A DNA stretch of 45,821 nucleotides from Aureliella sp. (GTDB lineage: Bacteria > Planctomycetota > Planctomycetia > Pirellulales > Pirellulaceae), in assembly GCA_036804625.1 (NCBI GenBank), contig DAIRSD010000001.1, forward strand, positions 1-45,821, in the 5' to 3' direction. The position numbers were made by a program, and so were the translations under genes. Under the pieces are notes generated by a model that did not search any database, had not been told where the DNA came from, and saw only the letters and a program-made list of their open reading frames with translations. This document shows, piece by piece, positions 1 through 8,997 of this stretch. How positions within the stretch are numbered: position 1 is the first letter of the stretch; every line of letters begins with the position of its first letter.

Positions 1-280
1 CAGTATTTTACTTTTGTCGTTTGGCGGAAGAGCTACACACCGTAGGGGAATTCGCAAGGGTTCGTGTTTTCGAGGGTTCGTATTTTGAGCAGGAATTCTG
101 GCGAATCCCACTACGGTAGATTTTTCGCAGATTGAAAAATCGCTGTGCCGTGACCTTTGTTGCCAATTCGTTGTCGAGATCCAGTCCGTCAAGTAGAATT
201 AGACCAGTGTTGCAAGTCTGTTCTACTGCGTTTAGCCGATCAGTGCGATGCAAGTGTCTCTAAAGCGAAAAGGATTTTTG

Positions 281-2806
281 ATGCGATTGTTTGCGAGTTC
301 GCTTGGCTTGCAGTTCATCTTCTTGTCGATCTGCTTGCAGGATGCCCAAGGCGATGTGTCTTACAATAAGGATATCCGTCCTCTGCTTTCTGATCGCTGC
401 TTTGCGTGTCATGGTCCGGATGATGGCAAGCGGGAGGGGAATTTTCGATTGGATGTCGCTGAGGGTGAACTGAGTCCGTTTCATGTCAATGAGGGTGTGC
501 AAGTCATCAAGCCAGGGGACCCGGAATCGAGCGAACTTTGGAAGCGGATAGTTACAGATGATCACTCGTTGCAGATGCCTCCACCGGATTCGGGTAAGAA
601 GCCGCTCAGTGATGCTCAAAAAAATCTGATTCGAAGGTGGATCGAGCAGGGAGCGGCCTACGAAAAATTCTGGTTGTTTGAATCTCCTCAGCCGCAAGCG
701 TTGCCTTCGGTGGATAACGGGAATTGGAGCGCTGGACGGATCGATCAGTTTGTCTTGGCTACGCTGGAGTCGCAGCAGATTAGGCCACAACCGCCTGCCG
801 ATAAGCGGACTCTTATACGGCGCGTTAGGCTAGATTTAACGGGATTGCCTCCCACTAGACAGGAGATCAAGCAGTTTGAAGAGGATAGTTCGCCGGATGC
901 GTATTCGAAATTGGTCGAACGGTTGCTGGCGACTCCGCAGTATGGCGAACATCAGGGACGCTACTGGTTGGATCTAGTGCGATACGCGGACACCAACGGC
1001 ATGCATCATGACAACTACCGTGAACTGTCGCAGTATCGCGACTGGGTCATCCGTGCCTTGAATGCGAACATGCCGTTCGATCAGTTTGTGACGGAGCAGC
1101 TTGCAGGGGATTTGTTGGGAGATTCTAGACAGGCTGGAAGCCCGTCGCCACGGGGGCCGACCATCGAGCAACAGATTGCATCGGGCTACAATCGCTTGCA
1201 CATGGTGATGGACAAAGGAACCAATCCTCCGCAGGAGAGCTATACTCGCAACGTGGTGGATCAAGTTTCGGCTTTTGGTACCGTATTCATGGGGATGACG
1301 CTGGAGTGCGCCGTTTGTCATGACCACAAGTACGATCCGATCAAGCAAAAGGACTTTTATCAGCTCTTCGCGTTCTTCAACAACATCGACGGAGATCCCG
1401 AAACGCCGGGTCGCAATCAACAACCGCCGCTGATTCAACTGCCAACACCCGATCAGGCAAGCCAACTTAGTGAGTTGGATACACAACTGACAACAGCAAA
1501 ACGTGATGTCGCCAAGTTAAAACACTCGCTCAAAGAACTGTCGTCCAGCGTCCAGAGTAGTGCCGGAGTTGGCTCTGGAGAAGACGCCGGAAAGCCCAAC
1601 GAAGCACGGTCGCAAGCAACAGACGACGAACTTGGTGCTTTGGCAGAACAGGTGAAGCAAAAGGAAGCAGAGCTGAGCCGCCTACAGGCAGCCCGTGACG
1701 AACTCGAACACATGATTCCGATCGCGCTAGTGATGAAAGAGCGATCCGACGTCAGGCCAGCCTACATTCTCACACGTGGTGCTTATGACCAGCCGGGCGA
1801 AGAAGTCTCTCGGAACACCCCCGCGTTTCTTCCGCCCCTGGAGTCCAGTGGTGAATTGAAGACTCGTCTTGATCTGGCACGTTGGGTAACGGACAAACAG
1901 CATCCGTTGACGGCTCGCGTGACAGTCAATCGTTTCTGGCAGCAGTTCTTTGGAGTTGGGCTAGTCAAGACCTCCGAGGATTTTGGTGCTCAGGGCGAGT
2001 ACCCCAGTCATCCCGAGTTGCTGGACGAATTGGCCAATTCGTTCGTGGATTCGAACTGGGACGTCAAGCTGCTAATCCGCTCGATCTTATTGTCGCAGAC
2101 CTACCAGCAATCATCGCGAGTGTCGCCGGACGAGTATCGCTCTGACGCCGACAACCGGCTGCTGGCTCGCGGCTCGCGAATTCGACTGGATTCCGAAGTG
2201 ATTCGTGATCAGATCCTGGCCATTAGTGGTTTACTCAACAGCAGTATGTACGGAAAAAGCGTTAAGCCGCCGCAACCTGCAGACCTCTGGAAAACGGTTT
2301 CGATGGTCTCGTCTTCCACGTATTCCTTCCAACAAGACACAGGGGAAAATATCTACCGTCGAAGCTTCTATACGTTCTGGAAGCGCGCCATGCCGCCTCC
2401 GCAGTTGACCTTTATTTATGCGCCCACTCGTGACATGGTTACGTCGCGACGCGAACGAACCAACACACCGGTCCAAGCCTTGCTGATGATGAACGAGAGC
2501 CAGTACTTTGAAGCCGCTCGGCATTTCGCGCAGCAGTTGCTACGCTCCCCGGATCAGAACGATGTTCAGCGTCTGAGTATCGCTTTTGAATCCGTCACTT
2601 CACACCTGCCCAGCACTGACGAACTAGCGGACCTGCAGGACGGGCTAGAAAGCTTCCGCGCCCTCTATCGTGATGATGTGGAGGCCGCTCATGCAATGAC
2701 TTCGGATCTACCCTTGAACAGCGATGTCGAGCGTGTCGAATTAGCTGCGTTGACAATGGTGGTCAATTCCCTACTGAATCTTGATGCCGCGAAAACCCGC
2801 GAGTAA
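281..2806 (+). CDS. PSD1 (DUF1553)/PSCyt2 (DUF1549)/planctomycete cytochrome c domain protein
   Basis: Signal peptide; '[20 protein letters not shown]' (CxxCH); '[12 protein letters not shown]', '[12 protein letters not shown]', '[13 protein letters not shown]', '[14 protein letters not shown]', '[11 protein letters not shown]', '[12 protein letters not shown]'. The ORF opens at 248; ATG 281 fits the signal peptide better. Confidence 0.92.
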   Translation: MRLFASSLGLQFIFLSICLQDAQGDVSYNKDIRPLLSDRCFACHGPDDGKREGNFRLDVAEGELSPFHVNEGVQVIKPGDPESSELWKRIVTDDHSLQMPPPDSGKKPLSDAQKNLIRRWIEQGAAYEKFWLFESPQPQALPSVDNGNWSAGRIDQFVLATLESQQIRPQPPADKRTLIRRVRLDLTGLPPTRQEIKQFEEDSSPDAYSKLVERLLATPQYGEHQGRYWLDLVRYADTNGMHHDNYRELSQYRDWVIRALNANMPFDQFVTEQLAGDLLGDSRQAGSPSPRGPTIEQQIASGYNRLHMVMDKGTNPPQESYTRNVVDQVSAFGTVFMGMTLECAVCHDHKYDPIKQKDFYQLFAFFNNIDGDPETPGRNQQPPLIQLPTPDQASQLSELDTQLTTAKRDVAKLKHSLKELSSSVQSSAGVGSGEDAGKPNEARSQATDDELGALAEQVKQKEAELSRLQAARDELEHMIPIALVMKERSDVRPAYILTRGAYDQPGEEVSRNTPAFLPPLESSGELKTRLDLARWVTDKQHPLTARVTVNRFWQQFFGVGLVKTSEDFGAQGEYPSHPELLDELANSFVDSNWDVKLLIRSILLSQTYQQSSRVSPDEYRSDADNRLLARGSRIRLDSEVIRDQILAISGLLNSSMYGKSVKPPQPADLWKTVSMVSSSTYSFQQDTGENIYRRSFYTFWKRAMPPPQLTFIYAPTRDMVTSRRERTNTPVQALLMMNESQYFEAARHFAQQLLRSPDQNDVQRLSIAFESVTSHLPSTDELADLQDGLESFRALYRDDVEAAHAMTSDLPLNSDVERVELAALTMVVNSLLNLDAAKTRE

Positions 2807-2813
2807 GCAAAAA

Positions 2814-4292
2814 ATGTTTGAAAATTTTCTTGACCAATATCATTCTATACGGTCACGGCGGCGTTTTCTAAATCACTCTGGCATAGGGTTAGGGGCCGCT
2901 GTGTTGGGTTCGATACTGGCCAAGCGAGCACCTGCAGGGCTGGCAGAGCTGCCGCATTTTCAGCCGAGGGCTAAGCAAGTCATCTTTCTTTTCATGGGAG
3001 GTGCTCCCAGCCAAATCGAATTATACGACTACAAGCCGGGGCTCGAAGCCAAGCACAAACAGCCTCTGCCCGACGATGTCCGCGATGGACAACGCGTCAC
3101 GGCGATGACCGACGGACAGGCGAAGTTGATTCAGCCGTCTATCTTCAAATTTTCGCAACAAGGTGACTGCGGCATCTATATGAGCGAATTGCTTCCGCAT
3201 CTGTCGACCATGGTCGATGACCTGTGCTTCATCAAGTCGATGCGCACCGAGGCCATCAATCACGATGAGGGCAAGACCCAAATGTGTACCGGCTCACAAA
3301 TTCAGGGCAAGCCGAGTTTGGGGGCTTGGTTGAGTTACGGACTGGGGTCGCTCAACAAGAATCTGCCAGATTTTATCGTACTCAACTCCGCATTTTGGTC
3401 TGGGGACCAGCAAAACGTACAGGCCCTTTACAGCCGACTTTGGGGCACCGGATTTTTGCCTTCGAAGTATCAGGGAGTCGCCTTTCAATCTGCTGGCGAT
3501 CCAGTATTGTTTTTGTCGAATCCCGCAGGAGTGACTCGCACAAGTCGCAATAAGATGCTGGACCTGGTAACCCGGCTCAATCAGAAGCACGCGGCTGAAC
3601 TGGGTGATCCCGAGATTCAAACCACGATTGCTCAGCAAGAAATGGCATTCCGCATGCAAGCTTCGGTCCCCGAATTAACCGATCTGACGGGAGAACCCGA
3701 TTCGGTCAAGCAGTTGTATGGCCCTGACGTCGAAAAGACGGGGTCGTTTGCGCGTAACTGCTTGCTTGCCAGACGCATGGTTGAACGCGGCGTGCGTTTT
3801 GTGCAGATCTTTCATCGCGGTTGGGATCATCACAGCACGTTGCCTGCCAAGCTGCGAGGCCAATGTAAAGATGTCGATCAGCCATGGGCCGCGCTGATTC
3901 AGGATCTGAAGATGCGAGGGATGCTCCAAGATACGCTGGTTGTCTGCTCAGGTGAGTTCGGTCGCACGGTCTACAGTCAAGGCAAGCAGACCGACACCGA
4001 TTATGGACGCGATCATCACCCCCGGTGTTTCACAGCTTGGCTGGCCGGTGGAGGAATCAAAGGCGGCGTCGAACACGGGCGGACCGATGAATACAGTTAC
4101 AACATCGTCGACGCCGACGGCCAACGGACGACTCGATTCCAGGACGATGCTGTGCATATCAACGATCTGAATGCCACCATCTTGCACCAACTGGGAATTG
4201 ACCATAGGCGACTAACGTTCCCCTATCAAGGTCTCGATCAGCGCCTGACCGGCGTTGAAGAAGCACACGTGGTCGAAAAAATCATCGCCTGA
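2814..4292 (+). CDS. DUF1501 domain protein (Tat-exported)
   Basis: 'SRRRFL' Tat-like motif, 'VIFLFMGGAPSQIELYDYKP', 'CLLARRMVERGVRFVQ', 'WDHH', 'GEFGRT', 'GRDHHP'. ATG lies 7 nt after the PSD1 stop. Confidence 0.93.
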   Translation: MFENFLDQYHSIRSRRRFLNHSGIGLGAAVLGSILAKRAPAGLAELPHFQPRAKQVIFLFMGGAPSQIELYDYKPGLEAKHKQPLPDDVRDGQRVTAMTDGQAKLIQPSIFKFSQQGDCGIYMSELLPHLSTMVDDLCFIKSMRTEAINHDEGKTQMCTGSQIQGKPSLGAWLSYGLGSLNKNLPDFIVLNSAFWSGDQQNVQALYSRLWGTGFLPSKYQGVAFQSAGDPVLFLSNPAGVTRTSRNKMLDLVTRLNQKHAAELGDPEIQTTIAQQEMAFRMQASVPELTDLTGEPDSVKQLYGPDVEKTGSFARNCLLARRMVERGVRFVQIFHRGWDHHSTLPAKLRGQCKDVDQPWAALIQDLKMRGMLQDTLVVCSGEFGRTVYSQGKQTDTDYGRDHHPRCFTAWLAGGGIKGGVEHGRTDEYSYNIVDADGQRTTRFQDDAVHINDLNATILHQLGIDHRRLTFPYQGLDQRLTGVEEAHVVEKIIA

Positions 4293-4295
4293 GTA

Positions 4296-5309
4296 TTACA
4301 TGGTCTTGCCGATAGCAGAAGCGATCTTGCGACAGCGCTGCATGGTTTCGGCGAATTGAGCGAAATCGAGCGACTGATAGCCGTCGGACATGGCTTGCTC
4401 GGGCTGCGGGTGCATTTCGATGATCAGCCCATCGGCTCCGATAGCGACAGCAGCTACAGCCATGTCGGGTACCATGTAGGTATGTCCGGTACCGTGGCTG
4501 GGATCGATAACCACCGGTAAGTGAGTTTTGCGATGCAAGTAGGTCACGCTGGCCAGAGGCAAAGTGAAGCGAGTGTGGTTCTCGAAAGTGCGTATGCCAC
4601 GCTCGCACAGCATGACGTTTTGGTTGCCTTCGTTCAGAATGTATTCGGCGGCTAACAGGAATTCTTCCATGGTAGCGCTGGGGCCGCGTTTTAGTAGGAC
4701 GGGCCGCGTCGTGCTGCCAACAGCTTCCAGTAAACGGTAGTTCTGCATATTGCGTGCTCCGATTTGTAGCACGTCTGCGTATTTGGCGACGAGATCGACC
4801 GATTCTGTGCCCATGACTTCGGTGACCACAGCCAGTCCGGTTTCGGTGCGAGCGGCTGCAAGAAGCTTCAGGCCATCTTCTTTCATTCCCTGGAAGCTGT
4901 AAGGGCTGGTGCGAGGCTTGAAGGCACCGCCGCGCAGCGCGGTAGCCCCTGCAGCCTTAGCTGCTCGCGCGCAGGCCATTAACTGCTCTTCGCTTTCGAT
5001 GCTGCATGGTCCAGCGATCACGCCCACCACGCCTGCGCCGGCTCGGAAGCTGCCAACCTGCACTTGAGTTGGTTCGGGTTTCAGTTCACGGCTGGCGAAT
5101 TTGTATGGAGCCAAAATGGGCAGCACTTGTGCGACACCTGGGCCTGTCTCCAACACTTCTGGTTTGGTGATGCGTTCGTCGCCAACGGCGGCGACTACGG
5201 TTCGCTCGGTCCCGCGAATGGTATGAGCTTTAAGGCCCAACTGTTGGATGCGATCTTCGATGTGCCGAATTTGTTCGTCGGTGGCACCGGGTTCCATAAC
5301 TACGATCAT
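4296..5309 (-). CDS. aroF: 3-deoxy-7-phosphoheptulonate (DAHP) synthase, class I-beta, with N-terminal ferredoxin-like regulatory domain
   Basis: 'MIVVM' N-terminal regulatory domain, 'IAGPCSIES', '[17 protein letters not shown]', 'QIGARNMQN', 'VLLKRG', '[10 protein letters not shown]', 'DPSHGTG'. Confidence 0.96.
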   Translation of the reverse strand: MIVVMEPGATDEQIRHIEDRIQQLGLKAHTIRGTERTVVAAVGDERITKPEVLETGPGVAQVLPILAPYKFASRELKPEPTQVQVGSFRAGAGVVGVIAGPCSIESEEQLMACARAAKAAGATALRGGAFKPRTSPYSFQGMKEDGLKLLAAARTETGLAVVTEVMGTESVDLVAKYADVLQIGARNMQNYRLLEAVGSTTRPVLLKRGPSATMEEFLLAAEYILNEGNQNVMLCERGIRTFENHTRFTLPLASVTYLHRKTHLPVVIDPSHGTGHTYMVPDMAVAAVAIGADGLIIEMHPQPEQAMSDGYQSLDFAQFAETMQRCRKIASAIGKTM

Positions 5310-5336
5310 AATGGCTGCTTTCGATTGCTAAAGTTG

Positions 5337-5372
5337 AAACAAAAAACCCTGAAGATCGGTTGATCTCCAGGG
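5337..5372 (-). terminator. Intrinsic terminator (3:4 hairpin) of the aroF attenuator
   Basis: The minus strand reads CCCTGGAGATC-AACC-GATCTTCAGGG-TTTTTTGTTT: an 11-bp stem with one G-U pair and a U tract, ending 27 nt before the aroF ATG. Confidence 0.9.
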
Positions 5373-5408
5373 CTGTGAATTCGGCAAGTTCGTTAAGCTT
5401 TCAGTAGC

Positions 5409-5486
5409 CTACATACCCTTCACAGCCCCTGGGGAAAAACCAGGGTAATCGCTGAAAAAATAGGTAAAAGACCATTGGCTAAGCAT
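5409..5486 (-). CDS. Aromatic-amino-acid attenuator leader peptide, MLSQWSFTYFFSDYPGFSPGAVKGM (25 aa)
   Basis: ATG at 5486 and TAG at 5409-5411. It has 1 Trp, 4 Phe and 2 Tyr codons and overlaps hairpin segments 1 and 2 directly upstream of a DAHP synthase gene. Confidence 0.85.
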   Translation of the reverse strand: MLSQWSFTYFFSDYPGFSPGAVKGM

Positions 5487-5492
5487 GATCCC

Positions 5493-5521
5493 ATTATGAA
5501 CTGGCAACTTCAAGAAGGCAA
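5493..5521 (-). promoter_or_regulatory. Sigma70-type promoter for the leader-aroF transcript
   Basis: Minus strand TTGCCT-N17-CATAAT, then 6 nt to the leader ATG, which implies a leaderless transcript. Confidence 0.7.
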
Positions 5522-5707
5522 GTGCCGAAGTATTGAAATCGCTTGGCTTTCCTGGACGCACGACTGGTCAGACAATCTCTAGATGCTCGGGCAACAGGCG
5601 CTGCTGAACTGAGTAGCCTGCGGTATGATTGCGAACCTGCAAGTGACCGGTTTGGCGAAAGCATGCCTTGAACCTGTTTTTTGACACTTTATCCTTTTGA
5701 AGGAACT

Positions 5708-7222
5708 ATGAACAAAGCACCCCAGACAGCGATTACCCCTACCCGTTCTCAAGACTATCCAGAATGGTACCAGCAAGTCATCAAGCATGCCGACTTGGCT
5801 GAAAATTCTCCGGTTCGAGGCTGTATGGTGATCAAGCCATGGGGTTATGCGCTGTGGGAAAACATGCAGCGCGCTTTGGACAAAATGTTCAAAGACACGG
5901 GACATCAGAACGCCTATTTTCCGTTGTTCATCCCGATGAGTTTTCTGGAGAAAGAAGCTGAGCATGTGGAGGGCTTTGCCAAAGAGTGTGCCGTGGTGAC
6001 TCATCATCGGCTGGAGCCCGATCCAGATACCGGCGGATTGCGACCTGCGGGGCCGCTTGAAGAACCGCTAATCGTGCGTCCGACCAGTGAAACGATCATT
6101 GGAGCCATGTATGCCAAGTGGGTGCAGAGCTACCGAGACTTGCCGATCTTGATCAACCAATGGGCCAACGTAGTGCGCTGGGAGATGCGGACTAGGCTGT
6201 TACTGCGAACGGATGAGTTTCTTTGGCAGGAGGGACACACCGTGCATGCGACTCAGCAAGAGGCGATTGAAGAGACGCACAAGATGCTGAAAGTCTACGC
6301 CGATTTTGTCGAGAACTGGATGGCCGTTCCGGTCATTCAAGGTGAAAAAACGCCGGGCGAAAGATTTCCAGGAGCCGACACAACGCTTTCTATCGAAGCC
6401 ATGATGCAGGATCGCAAGGCGCTGCAAGCTGGCACCAGCCACTTCCTGGGCCAAAATTTTTCAAAGGCTCAAGAGATCCGATTTCAAGATCAAAACGGTG
6501 AGCTTGCGTATGCTTGGACTACATCTTGGGGTGTGAGTACGCGGTTGATTGGTGCTCTGATTATGACACATGCTGACGATGATGGCATGATCATGCCGCC
6601 TAAACTGGCACCCGCACATGCGGTGATTATTCCAATCTACCGCGACGATCAAACTCGCAGCGAAGTACTGTCGTACTGCCAGCAACTGAAAGAGGAGTTG
6701 TCAGGCGTTGCGTATGCAGGCCGTGCATTGGAAATTCAGATCGATGATCGCGATCTGCGAGGTGGTGATAAGAAGTGGTATCACGTGAAACGCGGTGTCC
6801 CCCTGCGGATCGAAGTAGGACCAAAGGATATCGCGAAAGACTGCGTGTTTTTGGCTCGTCGCGATAATGGTCAACAGCGCAGTGTGCCGCGAACAGAGCT
6901 GATGAGTACATTTGTTACTGTGCTGGATGAGATCCAGCAAGGTCTTTATCAGCGCGCCCTGCAGATGCGTCAGCAGCACACAGTCAAAATCGAAAGTGAA
7001 AATCAGTTTCGCCAGTTCTTCACTGCGCCGGCAGATCGACCCAACGAGATTCACGGAGGCTTTGCGCTGAGTCACTTTGCCAGCGAAGCTGAGGTGCAGC
7101 CGTTGCTGGATGAGTTGAAAGTCACGATTCGCTGCATGCCTTTGGAAGGAAATCAACCAGGCACCTGCTTCTTGACGGGCAAGCCGTCAGAAAAAATGGC
7201 AGTTTTTGCGAAGGCATATTAG
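5708..7222 (+). CDS. proS: Proline--tRNA ligase, archaeal/eukaryote-like type
   Basis: 'DYPEWYQQVI', 'VRGCMVIKPWGY', 'VRPTSETII', 'NQWANVVRWE', 'EFLWQEGHT', 'ALQAGTSHFLGQNF', 'TSWGVSTRLIG', C-terminal 'FAKAY'. AGGA precedes ATG 5708. Confidence 0.97.
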   Translation: MNKAPQTAITPTRSQDYPEWYQQVIKHADLAENSPVRGCMVIKPWGYALWENMQRALDKMFKDTGHQNAYFPLFIPMSFLEKEAEHVEGFAKECAVVTHHRLEPDPDTGGLRPAGPLEEPLIVRPTSETIIGAMYAKWVQSYRDLPILINQWANVVRWEMRTRLLLRTDEFLWQEGHTVHATQQEAIEETHKMLKVYADFVENWMAVPVIQGEKTPGERFPGADTTLSIEAMMQDRKALQAGTSHFLGQNFSKAQEIRFQDQNGELAYAWTTSWGVSTRLIGALIMTHADDDGMIMPPKLAPAHAVIIPIYRDDQTRSEVLSYCQQLKEELSGVAYAGRALEIQIDDRDLRGGDKKWYHVKRGVPLRIEVGPKDIAKDCVFLARRDNGQQRSVPRTELMSTFVTVLDEIQQGLYQRALQMRQQHTVKIESENQFRQFFTAPADRPNEIHGGFALSHFASEAEVQPLLDELKVTIRCMPLEGNQPGTCFLTGKPSEKMAVFAKAY

Positions 7223-7292
7223 TCGACTGGATCTCTGAGTGTGATGGAAGGGCTCAGATGAGCAGCGATTTCGTTTTTTGATGCAATCATCC

Positions 7293-7859
7293 ATGGCTCA
7301 AATAAAATCCACGCCTCCGGCTTTGCTGCTAGCAGCTATCTTCAGCAGCCAGCGTCCAGCAATCCAGTGGGCAATTCGTCAGATTTCGGAGCATTGGGGA
7401 GCCATCGGTTTAGTTAGTCCCGAGTTCGAACATTCGGAAACCGGTTATTACAGCCAGCAGATGGGTCGGCCCCTGCTGAAGCAGTTTGTCGTGGTGGACC
7501 AATTGTGGGACCCAGCAAAACTTGCTGATTCCAAAGTGCAGTCCAATTGTTGGGAACAGCAGATTGTTGAGATGAATACCTACATCCAGCCAAGGCCGGT
7601 GAATATTGCTCCTGGATACTTGATGTTGGGCAAATTGGTGTTAGCATCCACCAAAGATCGTGCGCACCGCATCTATTTGCGGGATGGAATCTATGCCGAA
7701 GAATGTTTGTTCTACGTGGCTGGATGGCAGAGCCGTCCGTGGACCTATCCCGATTATCAGCGAGCCGACTATCAGCAGTTTTTTGATCAAGTGCGAGAGC
7801 GGCTCAAGCAATTGATTCACGAGCAATCGGGCAGCGTGCATTCTCAAGGTCTTGATTAG
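7293..7859 (+). CDS. DUF4416 family protein
   Basis: 'TGYYSQQMG', 'RPVNIAPGY', 'LVLASTKDRAHRIYLRDGIYAE', 'PWTYPDY'. Confidence 0.85.
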   Translation: MAQIKSTPPALLLAAIFSSQRPAIQWAIRQISEHWGAIGLVSPEFEHSETGYYSQQMGRPLLKQFVVVDQLWDPAKLADSKVQSNCWEQQIVEMNTYIQPRPVNIAPGYLMLGKLVLASTKDRAHRIYLRDGIYAEECLFYVAGWQSRPWTYPDYQRADYQQFFDQVRERLKQLIHEQSGSVHSQGLD

Positions 7860-8997
7860 AGCGGTAGAGTCAACTGTGAATCCTGTAGCGATATTTGGAA
7901 TAGTATTGATTGGATTCCTGCCAGCCTTGATCGTCGCATGGTTGGTCGTTGGAGGGATGCGTGGCTGGGCTGTTAAGCTGAAGTTGATGGATTATCCCGG
8001 CGATCGAAAAGTGCATACAGTAGCGATTCCGCGTGGAGGTGGCGTAGGGATATGGGCGGGTGTGATCGTGACGCTAGCCCTAGGCACAGTAGCGGTAGCG
8101 ATTCTGGGCGCAGTTCCCCAATGGATCGCCTGGGTACCGGAAGCTCTTGGCAAGCACCTGGGTGGCTTGCAGTCCAAGATGGCTCAGGTTTGGATGATCG
8201 CTGCCTGTGCAACAGCTCTGATGCTGCTAGGGTTGACCGACGATCGATGGGGCGTGCGGTGGTGGATAAGGTTGCTTGTCGAATTTGGAGTGGCCGGATT
8301 GTGCGTCTATGGTTTGGGGCTGCATTTGACGGCCTTCATCCCTTATTCCTGGTTGACGGGACTGCTTAGCATCCTGTGGATCGTTGCCTTGGTGAACTCG
8401 TTGAATATGCTAGACAATATGGACGGGCTGAGCGCTGGAGTGGGTTTGATCACGTCTAGCCTGTTGGTGTTGATGATATTGGGTGGTGGGGTTTCGGACG
8501 AGCCGCAGCTATTTGTGGCGCTGATGATGTCGATGTTGATGGGTGCTTTGGTCGGTTTTCTGAAACACAATTGGCCGCCTGCCAAGATATTTATGGGAGA
8601 TGCTGGCAGCTATTTTGTCGGTTTTTGGATCGCGTGTGGAACCTTGTTGGCGACCTACAGCGACTATCAAGCGGGGCGGCCGCATGCGGTGCTGGCACCA
8701 TTGATTATCATGGCGATACCGCTGTACGACATGGTCAGCGTAATCCTGATTCGACTACGCGAAGGTCGCAGCCCCTTTGATGGCGACGCGAGGCACTTTT
8801 CACATCGGTTAGTGAGTTTGGGTATGACGAAACGGCAAGCGGTGCTAACGATCTATCTAGCCACGGGTGCCTGTTCGGTGGGTGCGTTGTTGTTGCCGCG
8901 AGTTGATTGCTTCGGTGCGGTGTTGATCTTGGTTAGTACGCTTTTGATTCTGGGTTTGATTCACGTTTTGGAAAACGTGGGCAGAGATGGATCTTAG
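7852..8997 (+). CDS. MraY/WecA-family (GT4) polyprenyl-phosphate N-acetylhexosamine-1-phosphate transferase
   Basis: Many TM segments; 'RKVH..PRGGG', 'GLTDD', 'NSLNMLDNMDGL', 'NWPPAKIFMGDAGSYF', 'HFSHRL' (WecA/TagO type). The start may be GTG 7876. Confidence 0.92.
   Translation: MIRAVESTVNPVAIFGIVLIGFLPALIVAWLVVGGMRGWAVKLKLMDYPGDRKVHTVAIPRGGGVGIWAGVIVTLALGTVAVAILGAVPQWIAWVPEALGKHLGGLQSKMAQVWMIAACATALMLLGLTDDRWGVRWWIRLLVEFGVAGLCVYGLGLHLTAFIPYSWLTGLLSILWIVALVNSLNMLDNMDGLSAGVGLITSSLLVLMILGGGVSDEPQLFVALMMSMLMGALVGFLKHNWPPAKIFMGDAGSYFVGFWIACGTLLATYSDYQAGRPHAVLAPLIIMAIPLYDMVSVILIRLREGRSPFDGDARHFSHRLVSLGMTKRQAVLTIYLATGACSVGALLLPRVDCFGAVLILVSTLLILGLIHVLENVGRDGS

Noticed and set aside
8..253. 81-aa minus-strand ORF at the window start
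   Set aside because: No recognisable motif and it overlaps the probable promoter region of the PSD1 gene. It could be a remnant but I cannot support that.
5522..5707. Possible T-box leader upstream of proS
   Set aside because: No T-box antiterminator consensus or terminator, and the space is shared with the divergent aroF promoter.
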